64,000 nucleotides of DNA, from NCBI GenBank assembly GCA_963850305.1, contig CAWKKR010000008.1, forward strand, positions 864,001-928,000, in the 5' to 3' direction. Source of the DNA: an uncultured delta proteobacterium. GTDB taxonomy: Bacteria; Myxococcota_A; Polyangia; Polyangiales; Polyangiaceae. The notes beneath the pieces were generated by a model that searched no databases, was not told where the DNA came from, and was given only the letters and a program-made list of their open reading frames with translations. Position 1 is the stretch's first letter. Each line of letters opens with the position of its first letter. The translations under genes and the position numbers were made by a program. Below, piece by piece: positions 30,101 through 38,521 of this stretch.

Positions 30101-32048
30101 GAACGACGTTGCCGCCATCGTCGACGATGTACGCATCGACGCGATTGTTGCCGAGGAGCGTCTGATCGAGCGGCATCGTGAAGGAGCCCGCGCCGTCGTT
30201 CAGATCGATCGTGCGCATGTCCACCGTCTGACCCTCGTTGATCCAGTCGACGTACGCATGGTTCTCCGACGTCGATGCCTCGACGTTCACGGTCGCGGTG
30301 CTGCCGACGGCGTAGACGCTCTCGTCCGTGCGCACCAGGACGTGCTCGGCGCCGGTCTGGGCGCCGAACGTCAGCGTGCGCGCGATCGGGGCGCCTCCAC
30401 TCGGGGTCACGGTGGCGAGCACCGTGAAGGTGTCCGGCGCCGCGTCCGGCGTGAAGTCCATCACGACCTGACCGAAGCCGTTCGTGACCCCCGTCAGCGT
30501 CGTCGTCCCACCGATGACGAGCGACACGGAGGCGTTCGGGATCGGGTTTCCCAGCGGGTCGGTTGCGAACACGTCGAGCTTGTTGTCGAGCCCGGGAACG
30601 ATCGTCGTCGATTCCGGCACGACGGTGAGCAGCACCGAGTTTTGCGCGACCGTCACCGGCACGGACTTCGTCACCACCTGTCCTGCCGTGTCGGTCACCG
30701 TGACCTGCAAGCTGACCGTCGCGTTGCCTTGCTCGAGGGGCAGCCCTGCGAGAGTCGACGGCAGCGTCATGCTGAAGGACATCTTCCCCGTCGCGTCCGT
30801 CTTGCCGACGACGCGCTGGAACGGGGTCGTGCCCACGTCGAGCGTGTCTCCCTCGATGACTACGTCCGCGGTGGCCACCGGCTTGCCGAAGAAATACGTC
30901 GCGTCGACGGTGCCGGTGACCGTCGCGCCCGCGGTGTACCAAGGCGCGTCGGTGCTCACGTCGAGCCCGAACTTCGGCAGCGTGTACGTGGACACGTTCA
31001 CGGTCTTCTGCGTCGTCGCGCCGGAGACCGACACGCTGGTCTTGAACGCGCCCTCGTTGACGATGGGTCCGATGACGAAGTCCGTCGATGCGACGCCATA
31101 GCCGTCCGTCGTGATCGATTTCTGGAAGACCTCGTTGCCATTGCCATCGTCCACCTCGAACACGGCGGCGGCGCCGGCGATCGGCGTATTTTGGGGCGGC
31201 GCGAGCGCGAGCGCGCGAAGGTGGATGGTCTGACCCGGCTGATAAATGGGTTTGTCCGTCGTCAGGAGCACCTGCTGCCCCGGCGCCGATACGGCCATCG
31301 GATCGGTGACAGTCTGGGTAGTGCCGCTCGCCGTCGCGCTCGCTTGCAGCGTGTAGGAGCCCACGTCCGCGTCAGCGAGGGTGAGCGGGAAGATGGCTTC
31401 TCCCGTCGCCGACGTGGTGCCGGTCAGCGTGCGCGACGGCTTCCCCGTCTCCGAGAGGACGAGTGTCACGGGAACACCGGCAACGGGCGCCTTCGTCACC
31501 GGCTGCTCGGCGCGGACGCGATACGACGCGGCCTTGCCACCGGCGACCGTCGAGGGCCCTTCGAGGCGCACCTCGTAGGGCCGGACGACACGAAGGAGTG
31601 AGCTCGTCACGAGCAGCGACGCCGCAGCTCCGTCGTCGATGACCACGATGTAGCGAGCCCAGTCGGCCTCGCCGTGAACGTCCGCGGGTACGGGGAAGGT
31701 GGCGTGCAGCGTCCTGCTCGCCCCGGTCGCGAGCGAATAGGCGAGAGCCGTGCTCTCGAGCGTGCGTGAGCCGTCCACGACGCGTATCGACGTGGCGAGC
31801 GTACCCGTCACGGCGCGCGTCGCGGAGATCGGCACGTCGAGCGACAGGGTCCCGCCGGAGACCGTCGCGACCATGCCCGCTTCGTCGATCGAGACGAGCC
31901 CGTTACTCGTCTTGTCCACTCCGCCCACGCTGGCGCTCGGCCGTCCGCCTTCCGAGCACGCGCCGCCCACGAGAACGGCAAGCAACACGCAAAGCCCCGC
32001 GCCGAGGCGCGGTCGTCGAAGGCTGGTTCGGATCCGGGAATGCGTCAT
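27117..32048 (-). CDS. Alpha-2-macroglobulin family lipoprotein with thioester motif
   Basis: GAGGAG RBS, lipobox GGAC, TDKPIYQPG, VRQSFPETLY, DSITQW, PNGCFEQ, GYQRLLTFE, STQATVWAL. Confidence 0.93.
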   Translation of the reverse strand: MTHSRIRTSLRRPRLGAGLCVLLAVLVGGACSEGGRPSASVGGVDKTSNGLVSIDEAGMVATVSGGTLSLDVPISATRAVTGTLATSIRVVDGSRTLESTALAYSLATGASRTLHATFPVPADVHGEADWARYIVVIDDGAAASLLVTSSLLRVVRPYEVRLEGPSTVAGGKAASYRVRAEQPVTKAPVAGVPVTLVLSETGKPSRTLTGTTSATGEAIFPLTLADADVGSYTLQASATASGTTQTVTDPMAVSAPGQQVLLTTDKPIYQPGQTIHLRALALAPPQNTPIAGAAAVFEVDDGNGNEVFQKSITTDGYGVASTDFVIGPIVNEGAFKTSVSVSGATTQKTVNVSTYTLPKFGLDVSTDAPWYTAGATVTGTVDATYFFGKPVATADVVIEGDTLDVGTTPFQRVVGKTDATGKMSFSMTLPSTLAGLPLEQGNATVSLQVTVTDTAGQVVTKSVPVTVAQNSVLLTVVPESTTIVPGLDNKLDVFATDPLGNPIPNASVSLVIGGTTTLTGVTNGFGQVVMDFTPDAAPDTFTVLATVTPSGGAPIARTLTFGAQTGAEHVLVRTDESVYAVGSTATVNVEASTSENHAYVDWINEGQTVDMRTIDLNDGAGSFTMPLDQTLLGNNRVDAYIVDDGGNVVRAGKTLYVRDDASLDVTITADKSTYTPGQTATLSFAVKDSSGKPAVAAVGVQVVDAAVFGLVDAQPGLLQTFFQLEDSYSQPTYQIDAPPASLPDLLFTGTAATDPSASQAAQTEAAATFAAIGGSGVTGIEDGSWPAVVTAVDTLLAPYLATTKASLVAVVNSLLAAESALLENQGCTASGYYCSSLGTSYYAALQSRLARDISAVDYWGNPFTVSTTGVDFLDLVSMGPDERPGTADDVTIAIAATDLNANLVSDVTFGGGGFLGAPGGALGAGGSASTQAASGGGTGASDTAPRVRQSFPETLYVNPEVITGADGTASVQIPLADSITQWKVSALANTGTGKLGGGQGSMTVFQDFFVDASLPSSLTLGDEVEFPITVYNYLTTSQIVHLTLQSASWFTPVGATAMDVPLDPGEVTGVRFPVQVTAVGHQSLTVQAIGTKASDAVSRSVTVVPNGQVVPVSRSGSVPASGVTESFTFPADEVPGSAQLYVNLFPGYLSQVVQGMDSILQVPNGCFEQTTSTTWPDVLALDYMQATKQGTPDVELKADSYINAGYQRLLTFEHPGGGFSWFGTQDPSPYLSVTALGVMEFADMSKVHTVDAAMLSRTKAWLVAQQQSDGSWAPDRSEFFTVQASALRNTAFVVWALASAGDAGPELSRGIAYLKTASLAGQDAYTLGLVANAFAAAAPSDPFLTQVLSQLDGMKKIDGQNVSWDSGGTQTNFYGSGQDSTVATTGIVAYALLTAGGYPSDVNGALSFLDASKNPNGNFGSTQATVWALRALVLAATKGAAIAAGTVSVGLDGAPFTTVGMSQAQGDLLTTVDLSSLASGGTHIVTLGFSGSGAPGYEIVQRYNEPWTDVPANTGPLDISVAYDKTTLRLNDTVQATVSVANTTASTENMVLVTVGIPPGFSVNTADLDAYKAGGTLSYYELTERQLTLYLTSIAPNTTAAFAYHLVATMPITASDGGGQAFLYYQPDQKASAPAQVIQVTPS

Positions 32049-32277
32049 CGAAGCTCCTCGTGGCAGTGGCACATCGGTGCCCTGGACCGCCCTGTGAAGC
32101 ATCAACCGCGCCAGGCGCTCATTCAGGGGAATTTCAGAGCCCGCAGCCGTTTGCGGCACAATCTGGCACACACCCCTATTCTCACCGGGTCCTGGCGTAT
32201 CCCGAAACCCTTCATGGCTTCGATGAAACGGGTAGCTCGCCGTCATCAGCGATGTGGCGTGCCGTACTCGAACCCAA

Positions 32278-32435
32278 CTACCCGCGCCGAGCTGCCTCGA
32301 TCTTCGCGACGTCGATCTTCCGCATCGTCATCATTGCCTGGAAGACTCGCTTTGCCTGTCCGTGGCAATCTGGAACGAGAAGGCTTCGCTGTGCTCGAAC
32401 TGCGAACCACCGTTGAGACCGAGGCGGGGGATGGG
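32278..32435 (-). pseudogene. Remnant of a VOC/PhnB-like (3-demethylubiquinone-9 methyltransferase-like) gene
   Basis: LGLNGGSQFEHSEAFSFQIATD fused out of frame to AKRVFQAMMTMRKIDVAKIEAARRG*; the middle is missing. Confidence 0.7.
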
Positions 32436-32738
32436 CAGGAGCCCCGCGAATAGGGTACGCGAAGGCCGGCTCGATGAAATGGTTTCCACACCGGTGACGT
32501 TAATGTTTCGCATGAACGCAGCGGGCGATCGTTGTCATCGAAACGAGACAATGAGCCGCTGCCAACGCTTGCGTGGGCAGGGGCGGCCCACCATAATGCC
32601 CCGGCCCTGAGCGTGGCAGGGAACGGCGCCGCGCTGGCATCGACGGCACGCGACACGCAAATCGACACGCGATCGACCACCCTGTTTGCCGCATGGGCGG
32701 TCGTCATCGAAAACTTAGAGAAGTTCCGGAGGGCCCGT

Positions 32739-34883
32739 ATGCAGTCCAAGGTCGTTATTCTCGCCCTCCTGGGGGGCGCTTTCGTGATGGTGAACTGTTC
32801 GGGGCAACAGCACAGATCGAGGACCGACGCGGACGCGCAAGACTCCGGCAAGGCGAACGGCGCCGGCGGGGGCGGCGGCGGCACCAGCCTCCTTCTGCCG
32901 ACGCCCGCGGCCAGCGCCACGAGCTCCGTCCAGACGGCGCTCCCGCCCCTACCTGAATTGACTAACGTCGTCGCGTATCAGCGAAGCGACTCGGTGGGCA
33001 TCGATTTCGATCCGGTCGACGGCGCTCAGGACTACCGCGTCTATCCGTTACCCGACGACTCGCAGATCACGAAGAACGCAGACGGCTCGATCACGATCCC
33101 GAACGCGATCTACCGGTGTTCCGGCGACCGGCAAACATACGCGGTCAACAGGACTGCCAGCCCCGGCAGCGCGAACGCAACCCTGTCGACGACCTTCGAC
33201 ACGGATCCGGCGAAGAACACGCTCGGCTATGTCTACCTCGAGGCGGGCGCGGGACTCCTCCCCGTCTACGCCCTCGGCGCCGTCAAGGACGAGGCGGAAG
33301 ACGACGAGGTCGGGTGGAAGGAGAGCCGGCTGAAGATCTACACCACGGATCCGGCGAAGCGAACGCAGCTGCTCGGCGAAAGCTGGCGCGACGACGGGAT
33401 CGTCTTCTACGTTCCGAGCAGCGCCAGTTCGTCGACCCAGACGGTCTACTCGTCCCAGCTCACGGAGATCGTCGCTGGTCAGGGCTGGACGCGGTATCAC
33501 CAGTATTACTACCTCGGAGCGGACAAGGCGGCGCACGCGAAGGACACGACCCCACCGGCGCCCGCGTTCCAGGTGCTGACGGCCTCCGCTCCAGGAACGG
33601 CCCCTCTCGGTGCCGTTATCTATTTCGGCAGGCACGAGCACGTCGAGCTCGCGGCTGGCTCCGAACGGTTCCAGCGCGCGGCGTATCAGGGCGACGGACC
33701 GCTATGGCATCTCGAGTGGTCGGGGCTCACCGCGAAGACGACCCTGGTCGTCGAGGCGCTGGACTCCGGCTGTCCTTTCCAGGGTCTGCTATCACCGCAG
33801 CACATCGACGCTTCCGCGACGCACCAGGCCTTCATGACGCTCGACGAGCTGCGCGCGGCATCGCCGACCGGCGAAGTGTTCATCAACGGCCAGCACGATC
33901 CGACCAGCAAGCCGAAGGCCATCGCTCGCTCGTTCATCTCCGTCGCACCTCAACCCATCCCCGCCGGCACGTGGGATTGGTACCAGGACTTCGAGGACGG
34001 TGCTGGCAGCGGTACGGAGGGCGGCGTCGGAACGGGTTTCGGACCCGTGACGGAGGTTCCCGGGTGCACGGACCTGAACTGCGGACGATGGCAAACGCCC
34101 GACCTCGACTTCAGCGTCTATCGGATGGACAAGGTTGGATCCCAGCTCATCTTCACGTACGGCCAGTTTCTCGGACAGCTCTGGGTCGCCTACGACGACT
34201 TCGGGAGCGACGTGACGGGCAAGGTTCGATTCACGGCGCGGCAGAAGGCGTCCGTGAACACCGATCCGTCGAAGTACCTGCACGCGACGATGTCCGTGGA
34301 CATCGTCGCCACCGACCGTAGATACCCGCAGCTGATCATCTCCGACCAGGACGCGCCGGTCCAGGAAGGGCTCTCGAACGCGGACAACAACACGCTCCTG
34401 ATCCAGCCGATCGAGGGACCGCCGATGAGGTTCGAGGTACAAGCAATTCATGGCCTCGTCGGGGGCAAAGCGTGGGACGTGAATAATCAGGCGCCGGAGC
34501 ACCGCCTGATCGACACGGAGGCGGCCCTGACCGAGCCCAGCGATTGGCCGTTCGAACATGCGGGCATGGACCGGTTGACGCAATTCGACGTCTACGTCTC
34601 CTCGAACCGGCTCTACGCTTTCATGGACGGCAAACCCGCGGGTTGCATGACGTACCCGACGGGCGGATTTGCGATTTCCGGACCCGTGACGGTCACCCTC
34701 GGAGACGTCCTGTACCACGAGGGCGCCGCCGACGAGCTGGTGTGCTCGCAGGCGACGCCGTACGATTTCCTGCATCTGCATCAATGCACCGAGACGAAGC
34801 GTCACTTCGACGGCTTCGGTTTCAAGAACGACTCGGACGGGCCAGTATGGGACGAGACCAAGTTCCCCTGCCAGGCGTACTGA
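32739..34883 (+). CDS. Uncharacterised secreted lipoprotein (714 aa)
   Basis: GGAGG RBS, signal with VNC lipobox-like site; segment IYTTD...GESWRDDGIVFYV resembles DUF5648 repeats; beta-rich C-terminus. Confidence 0.85.
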   Translation: MQSKVVILALLGGAFVMVNCSGQQHRSRTDADAQDSGKANGAGGGGGGTSLLLPTPAASATSSVQTALPPLPELTNVVAYQRSDSVGIDFDPVDGAQDYRVYPLPDDSQITKNADGSITIPNAIYRCSGDRQTYAVNRTASPGSANATLSTTFDTDPAKNTLGYVYLEAGAGLLPVYALGAVKDEAEDDEVGWKESRLKIYTTDPAKRTQLLGESWRDDGIVFYVPSSASSSTQTVYSSQLTEIVAGQGWTRYHQYYYLGADKAAHAKDTTPPAPAFQVLTASAPGTAPLGAVIYFGRHEHVELAAGSERFQRAAYQGDGPLWHLEWSGLTAKTTLVVEALDSGCPFQGLLSPQHIDASATHQAFMTLDELRAASPTGEVFINGQHDPTSKPKAIARSFISVAPQPIPAGTWDWYQDFEDGAGSGTEGGVGTGFGPVTEVPGCTDLNCGRWQTPDLDFSVYRMDKVGSQLIFTYGQFLGQLWVAYDDFGSDVTGKVRFTARQKASVNTDPSKYLHATMSVDIVATDRRYPQLIISDQDAPVQEGLSNADNNTLLIQPIEGPPMRFEVQAIHGLVGGKAWDVNNQAPEHRLIDTEAALTEPSDWPFEHAGMDRLTQFDVYVSSNRLYAFMDGKPAGCMTYPTGGFAISGPVTVTLGDVLYHEGAADELVCSQATPYDFLHLHQCTETKRHFDGFGFKNDSDGPVWDETKFPCQAY

Positions 34884-36316
34884 AGGGGCGCCTCATCGCC
34901 ACGAAGTGGGCGAGACTGGGAGCGTCTGGCCTCGCGCTGCTTCTGTCGGGGTGCATCGGCAAACACGCCGTCGCCTCCGCAGAGGGGGGCGTACCCGAGG
35001 ACGGTTCGACCCTGGACGCCGCACCGACGATCACCGGAGCAGAAGCGGCTGCACTCCAGGCGCTCGCCCCGCTATCGCTTCCGGGACCGATTGACGACCC
35101 GACGAACCGATTCGCGGACGACCCGAACGCCGCGGCGTTCGGCAAACAGCTCTTCTTCGATCCGTTCTTCGCAGGTCCGCTCCTCGACTCCGACAACGAC
35201 GGCACTCCGGGGAGCCTCGGTTCGCCGGGGGACACTGGTCGAGTTGCCTGCGCGAGCTGCCACGTTCCCGAAGGGGGCTTCTCCGACACGCGGTCCTTTC
35301 AGCTCCAGATATCGCTGGGCGCCGGGTGGGGTCGCAGGCGCGCCCCCTCGCTCTTCGACGTCGGACAGGCGCGGCTCATCATGTGGGACGGTCGTCGCGA
35401 CGCGCTCTACAACCAGATCTTCGGACCGCTCGAATCGGTCGTGGAGATGAACAGCTCCCGTCTCTACGCGGCAGAGCAGCTCTACGCGAAATACCGCTCG
35501 GAGTACGAAGCCCTGTTCGGACCCATGCCCTCGCTCGAGGACACGACCCAGTTTCCCGCGTTGAGCGCCAGCTTGACCGGATGCCAGCCCAAGAACCCGA
35601 CGGATCCTCAGCCGACGTGCGACGGAACGTTTCACGGGTCGCCGGGAGACGGGGCGGAATACGACGGCCTTTCGCCGGAGAACCAGGTTGCCGTGACGCG
35701 CGTGGTGGTCAACGCCGGTAAGGCCCTCGGCGCGTTCGAACGAACTCTGTCGTGCGGAACGGGCGCCTTCGATTCATGGGTGCACGGAGACCCCACGGCG
35801 ATTTCGTTCTCCGCGCAGCGAGGAGCGAAACTCTTCGTCGGAAAAGCAGGCTGCGTCACTTGCCACTCGGGACCCTTTTTCTCCGATCAGAAGTTCCACG
35901 ACGTCGGATTGAAGCCAGCCATCGTCCAGCAGGCGTTCATCGACTCCAACGACGAGGGCGCCGCGACCGGAATCGCCGCCGCGATCGCCGATCCGTTGAA
36001 CACGTCAGGTCAGTTCAGCGATGGGACCGACGGTCGCTTGCCGAGCGCGGTGGCGGCCTCGATGATGGGCGCCTTTCTGACGCCCATGCTCCGCTGCGTC
36101 AGCCGACGTCCGTCCTTCATGCACACAGGCCAGATCCGGACGCTCGCGAAGGTCGTTGCTTTCTTCGATGCAGGCGGCGATATCGACGGGTACCCAGGCA
36201 ACCGGGAGATCCGCCCGCTCGGCCTCACTGCGTCCGACGAGGCGGATCTCACCGCCTTCTTGCAGTCGCTCGATGGTTCGCACCCGACGGACGCAGGGGA
36301 TCCGGGAGCGCACTAG
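34880..36316 (+). CDS. Di-heme cytochrome c peroxidase/MauG-superfamily lipoprotein (start uncertain; CTG overlapping the upstream stop)
   Basis: LLSGC lipobox, GKQLFFD, CASCH, MWDGR, RGAKLF, CVTCH, FLTPMLR, FMHTG, LTAFLQSL. Confidence 0.9.
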   Translation: MKGRLIATKWARLGASGLALLLSGCIGKHAVASAEGGVPEDGSTLDAAPTITGAEAAALQALAPLSLPGPIDDPTNRFADDPNAAAFGKQLFFDPFFAGPLLDSDNDGTPGSLGSPGDTGRVACASCHVPEGGFSDTRSFQLQISLGAGWGRRRAPSLFDVGQARLIMWDGRRDALYNQIFGPLESVVEMNSSRLYAAEQLYAKYRSEYEALFGPMPSLEDTTQFPALSASLTGCQPKNPTDPQPTCDGTFHGSPGDGAEYDGLSPENQVAVTRVVVNAGKALGAFERTLSCGTGAFDSWVHGDPTAISFSAQRGAKLFVGKAGCVTCHSGPFFSDQKFHDVGLKPAIVQQAFIDSNDEGAATGIAAAIADPLNTSGQFSDGTDGRLPSAVAASMMGAFLTPMLRCVSRRPSFMHTGQIRTLAKVVAFFDAGGDIDGYPGNREIRPLGLTASDEADLTAFLQSLDGSHPTDAGDPGAH

Positions 36317-36367
36317 AAACACGCTCGCCCGGCACCTATGCTCGGCGCGTAGACCACGCCACGATCG

Positions 36368-37516
36368 ATGTCATCCCGAAATTCAGACGCCGGCAGTGCC
36401 AAGATGCGTCTGCACTTTCTCGACGGAATTCGAGGGCTGGCGAGCCTCTACGTAGTGCTCTTCCACGAAGCGACGGCCAAGGTCGTCGTGCCCCCGAAGC
36501 TCTCGCCGGTCCTGCACTTCGTCCATGCGTGGTGCGGGCTCGGCCACTTCTCGGTCGTCGTCTTCATCGTCCTGTCCGGCTTCAGCCTCATGCTACCCAT
36601 CAGCCGGTCAGGGGAAACGCGCCTCGTCGGTGGCTTCAGCCGTTACCTGCGCCGCCGCGCTCGACGCATTCTGCCTCCCTACTACGCAGCCCTCGTGCTT
36701 TCCGCTGGTCTCATCGTCGCCGCGAACGGGGCCTCCTCGAGGTTCGGAGGTAAGCGCATCGACGCTGCGGCGCTGAGCATGGGCTCGCTCGTATCGCACG
36801 TATTCCTCTTCCAAAACGCAAGGTTCGATTGGGTTTATCGCATCAACGGGCCCATGTGGAGCGTTTCAACGGAGTGGCAGCTCTACTTCGTGTTCGCGCT
36901 AGGGCTGCTACCACTTTTCAGATTCGCCGGACCGATCCCTACGGTGATCGTCGGGTGGATCGTCGGAAGCTTGCCGTTCTTCCTGTTGCCCCCAGATTCG
37001 AACTTCTTCTGGGCATGCCCTTGGTTCATGGGCGCGTTCGCACTCGGAATGCTCGGCGCATCACTTGGATTTTCTCCGGCTCGATCCGCCTTCCACACCA
37101 GCCCGAGTGCGCTCTGGGACTGGGTAACCGCCGGTACGGTCGCATTTCTGCTGATAGCCCTCGTCTCCCGACGCGCGGATACGTGGCCGCTGCCATTCAT
37201 CGATCTCATCGTAAGCCTCGCCACGTTCTCGGGCATCAACGCGTGCGTGGAGCGCTCTCTCCGTGGTGAAGCGCCGTCGAGTCCAGCGATCCGGCTGCTC
37301 GGATCGGCGCCGCTCCGGTCCCTCGCGGGCTTCTCGTACAGCCTCTATCTGATCCAGCACCCGCTCATCCGATTGTTCGAGCGCGTACTCGAGCGCCTGC
37401 ACATCGGTTCGAACGCCAGCTTTCTCCTCCTGCTCATGTGCGGCACCCCCATGGTGATGCTGGCGGCCTGGGTCTTTTCGCTCGGTTTCGAACGACCGTT
37501 CACGCGCAGTGCGTGA
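36368..37516 (+). CDS. Acyltransferase-3 family (OafA-like) O-acyltransferase
   Basis: LDGIRGLA...FH, FIVLSGF, RRARRILPPYY, WSVSTEWQLY, SYSLYL. Confidence 0.92.
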   Translation: MSSRNSDAGSAKMRLHFLDGIRGLASLYVVLFHEATAKVVVPPKLSPVLHFVHAWCGLGHFSVVVFIVLSGFSLMLPISRSGETRLVGGFSRYLRRRARRILPPYYAALVLSAGLIVAANGASSRFGGKRIDAAALSMGSLVSHVFLFQNARFDWVYRINGPMWSVSTEWQLYFVFALGLLPLFRFAGPIPTVIVGWIVGSLPFFLLPPDSNFFWACPWFMGAFALGMLGASLGFSPARSAFHTSPSALWDWVTAGTVAFLLIALVSRRADTWPLPFIDLIVSLATFSGINACVERSLRGEAPSSPAIRLLGSAPLRSLAGFSYSLYLIQHPLIRLFERVLERLHIGSNASFLLLLMCGTPMVMLAAWVFSLGFERPFTRSA

Positions 37517-37582
37517 GGGAGACGAGCCCAAGCGTCCCACGGCACTCCCCGACGTCAAGCGACCGGCGCCACCGCACGGAAC

Positions 37583-38494
37583 CTACGTGGTTCGCGACCT
37601 GTTATCGAGCGTCCGCTCCGTTCGGGCCTCGGGGTTCAGGAGGCTCGCCGCGTTCCCGTGGAAGCCGAGCGGTTCGGTGACCTGGTACACGTTGCCGCGG
37701 TGACGGAGCCGTCTCACGAACTGCTCCGGGAGGCCGCAGCTCAGCGCCGGATTTTCATCCCACCGCGTGGGCGGCGTCCGGAACACGTCGGACTCGAGGA
37801 TCTCGAGAAAAGAGCGGCCCACCAGGAAGGCCTGGAAATCGAACCACTGGGTGAGCCGGAGCCGCCCGCCGGGAACGTCCTTGCGGCGAAAGCGAATCCA
37901 TCGACCCTCTACCTCGTCGTCCTCGAAACAGACGAGGTAAAGGACGGCCTTTTTCGGATCCTCGATCGAGTCCCAGAGCGAACGCGCTTCGGCGATGAAG
38001 CGCGGCCCGAGGGTCACATCGTCTTCGATGAAGAGCGCCTGCTCCGGCTGGAGCACGCCGAGCGCGGCGAGCGCGGTTCCGTAGATGCGGTGCCGGTTCG
38101 TCTTCCCGCACCAGGTGGGTGACTCGTAGTACGCGAAGCGTCCTTCGTACGCCTGCTCCAGATACGAGAGCACGGGCGAGTAGTCCGCCGCGGACGTGTC
38201 CTCGACGATCAAGAGGAACGTGTCCTGGAGGAGGCCGGCGTCCTCGAGCGATCCGCGCAACGCTTCGACCAGCGCCCTGCATAGATCGACCCGGGCGTGA
38301 GTGACGAGGGTGATACAGAGCCTCGGCGGACCGCTCGCGAGGGCAGCGCCGCCCAGGACGTCGACGGACGTGCCTCTTGCCAGGAACTTCTGCCGGTCCA
38401 CGGGGTCCACGGGGCGGAGCCGGCGATTGAGTCGGCACTCGAGCTTCCACACGAGATCGGCGACGAGCCTCCGGCTACTCATGGGCTTTTTCAC
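37583..38494 (-). CDS. Hypothetical protein, GT-A glycosyltransferase-like
   Basis: ITLVTHAR, LIVED, LFIEDD motifs; immediately downstream of the flippase. Confidence 0.6.
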   Translation of the reverse strand: MKKPMSSRRLVADLVWKLECRLNRRLRPVDPVDRQKFLARGTSVDVLGGAALASGPPRLCITLVTHARVDLCRALVEALRGSLEDAGLLQDTFLLIVEDTSAADYSPVLSYLEQAYEGRFAYYESPTWCGKTNRHRIYGTALAALGVLQPEQALFIEDDVTLGPRFIAEARSLWDSIEDPKKAVLYLVCFEDDEVEGRWIRFRRKDVPGGRLRLTQWFDFQAFLVGRSFLEILESDVFRTPPTRWDENPALSCGLPEQFVRRLRHRGNVYQVTEPLGFHGNAASLLNPEARTERTLDNRSRTT

Positions 38495-38521
38495 TTCCCG
38501 TGACCACGCGTAGCCCGCCTT

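Noticed and set aside
32643..32658. sigma54 promoter CGGCACGCGACACGCA upstream of the lipoprotein
   Set aside because: Spacing fits but the -12 element is poor (ACGC), so it may be chance in GC-rich DNA.
34880..36316. mauG or mbnH gene symbol
   Set aside because: No methylamine dehydrogenase or MbnP-like neighbour is recognisable, so only the superfamily is supported.
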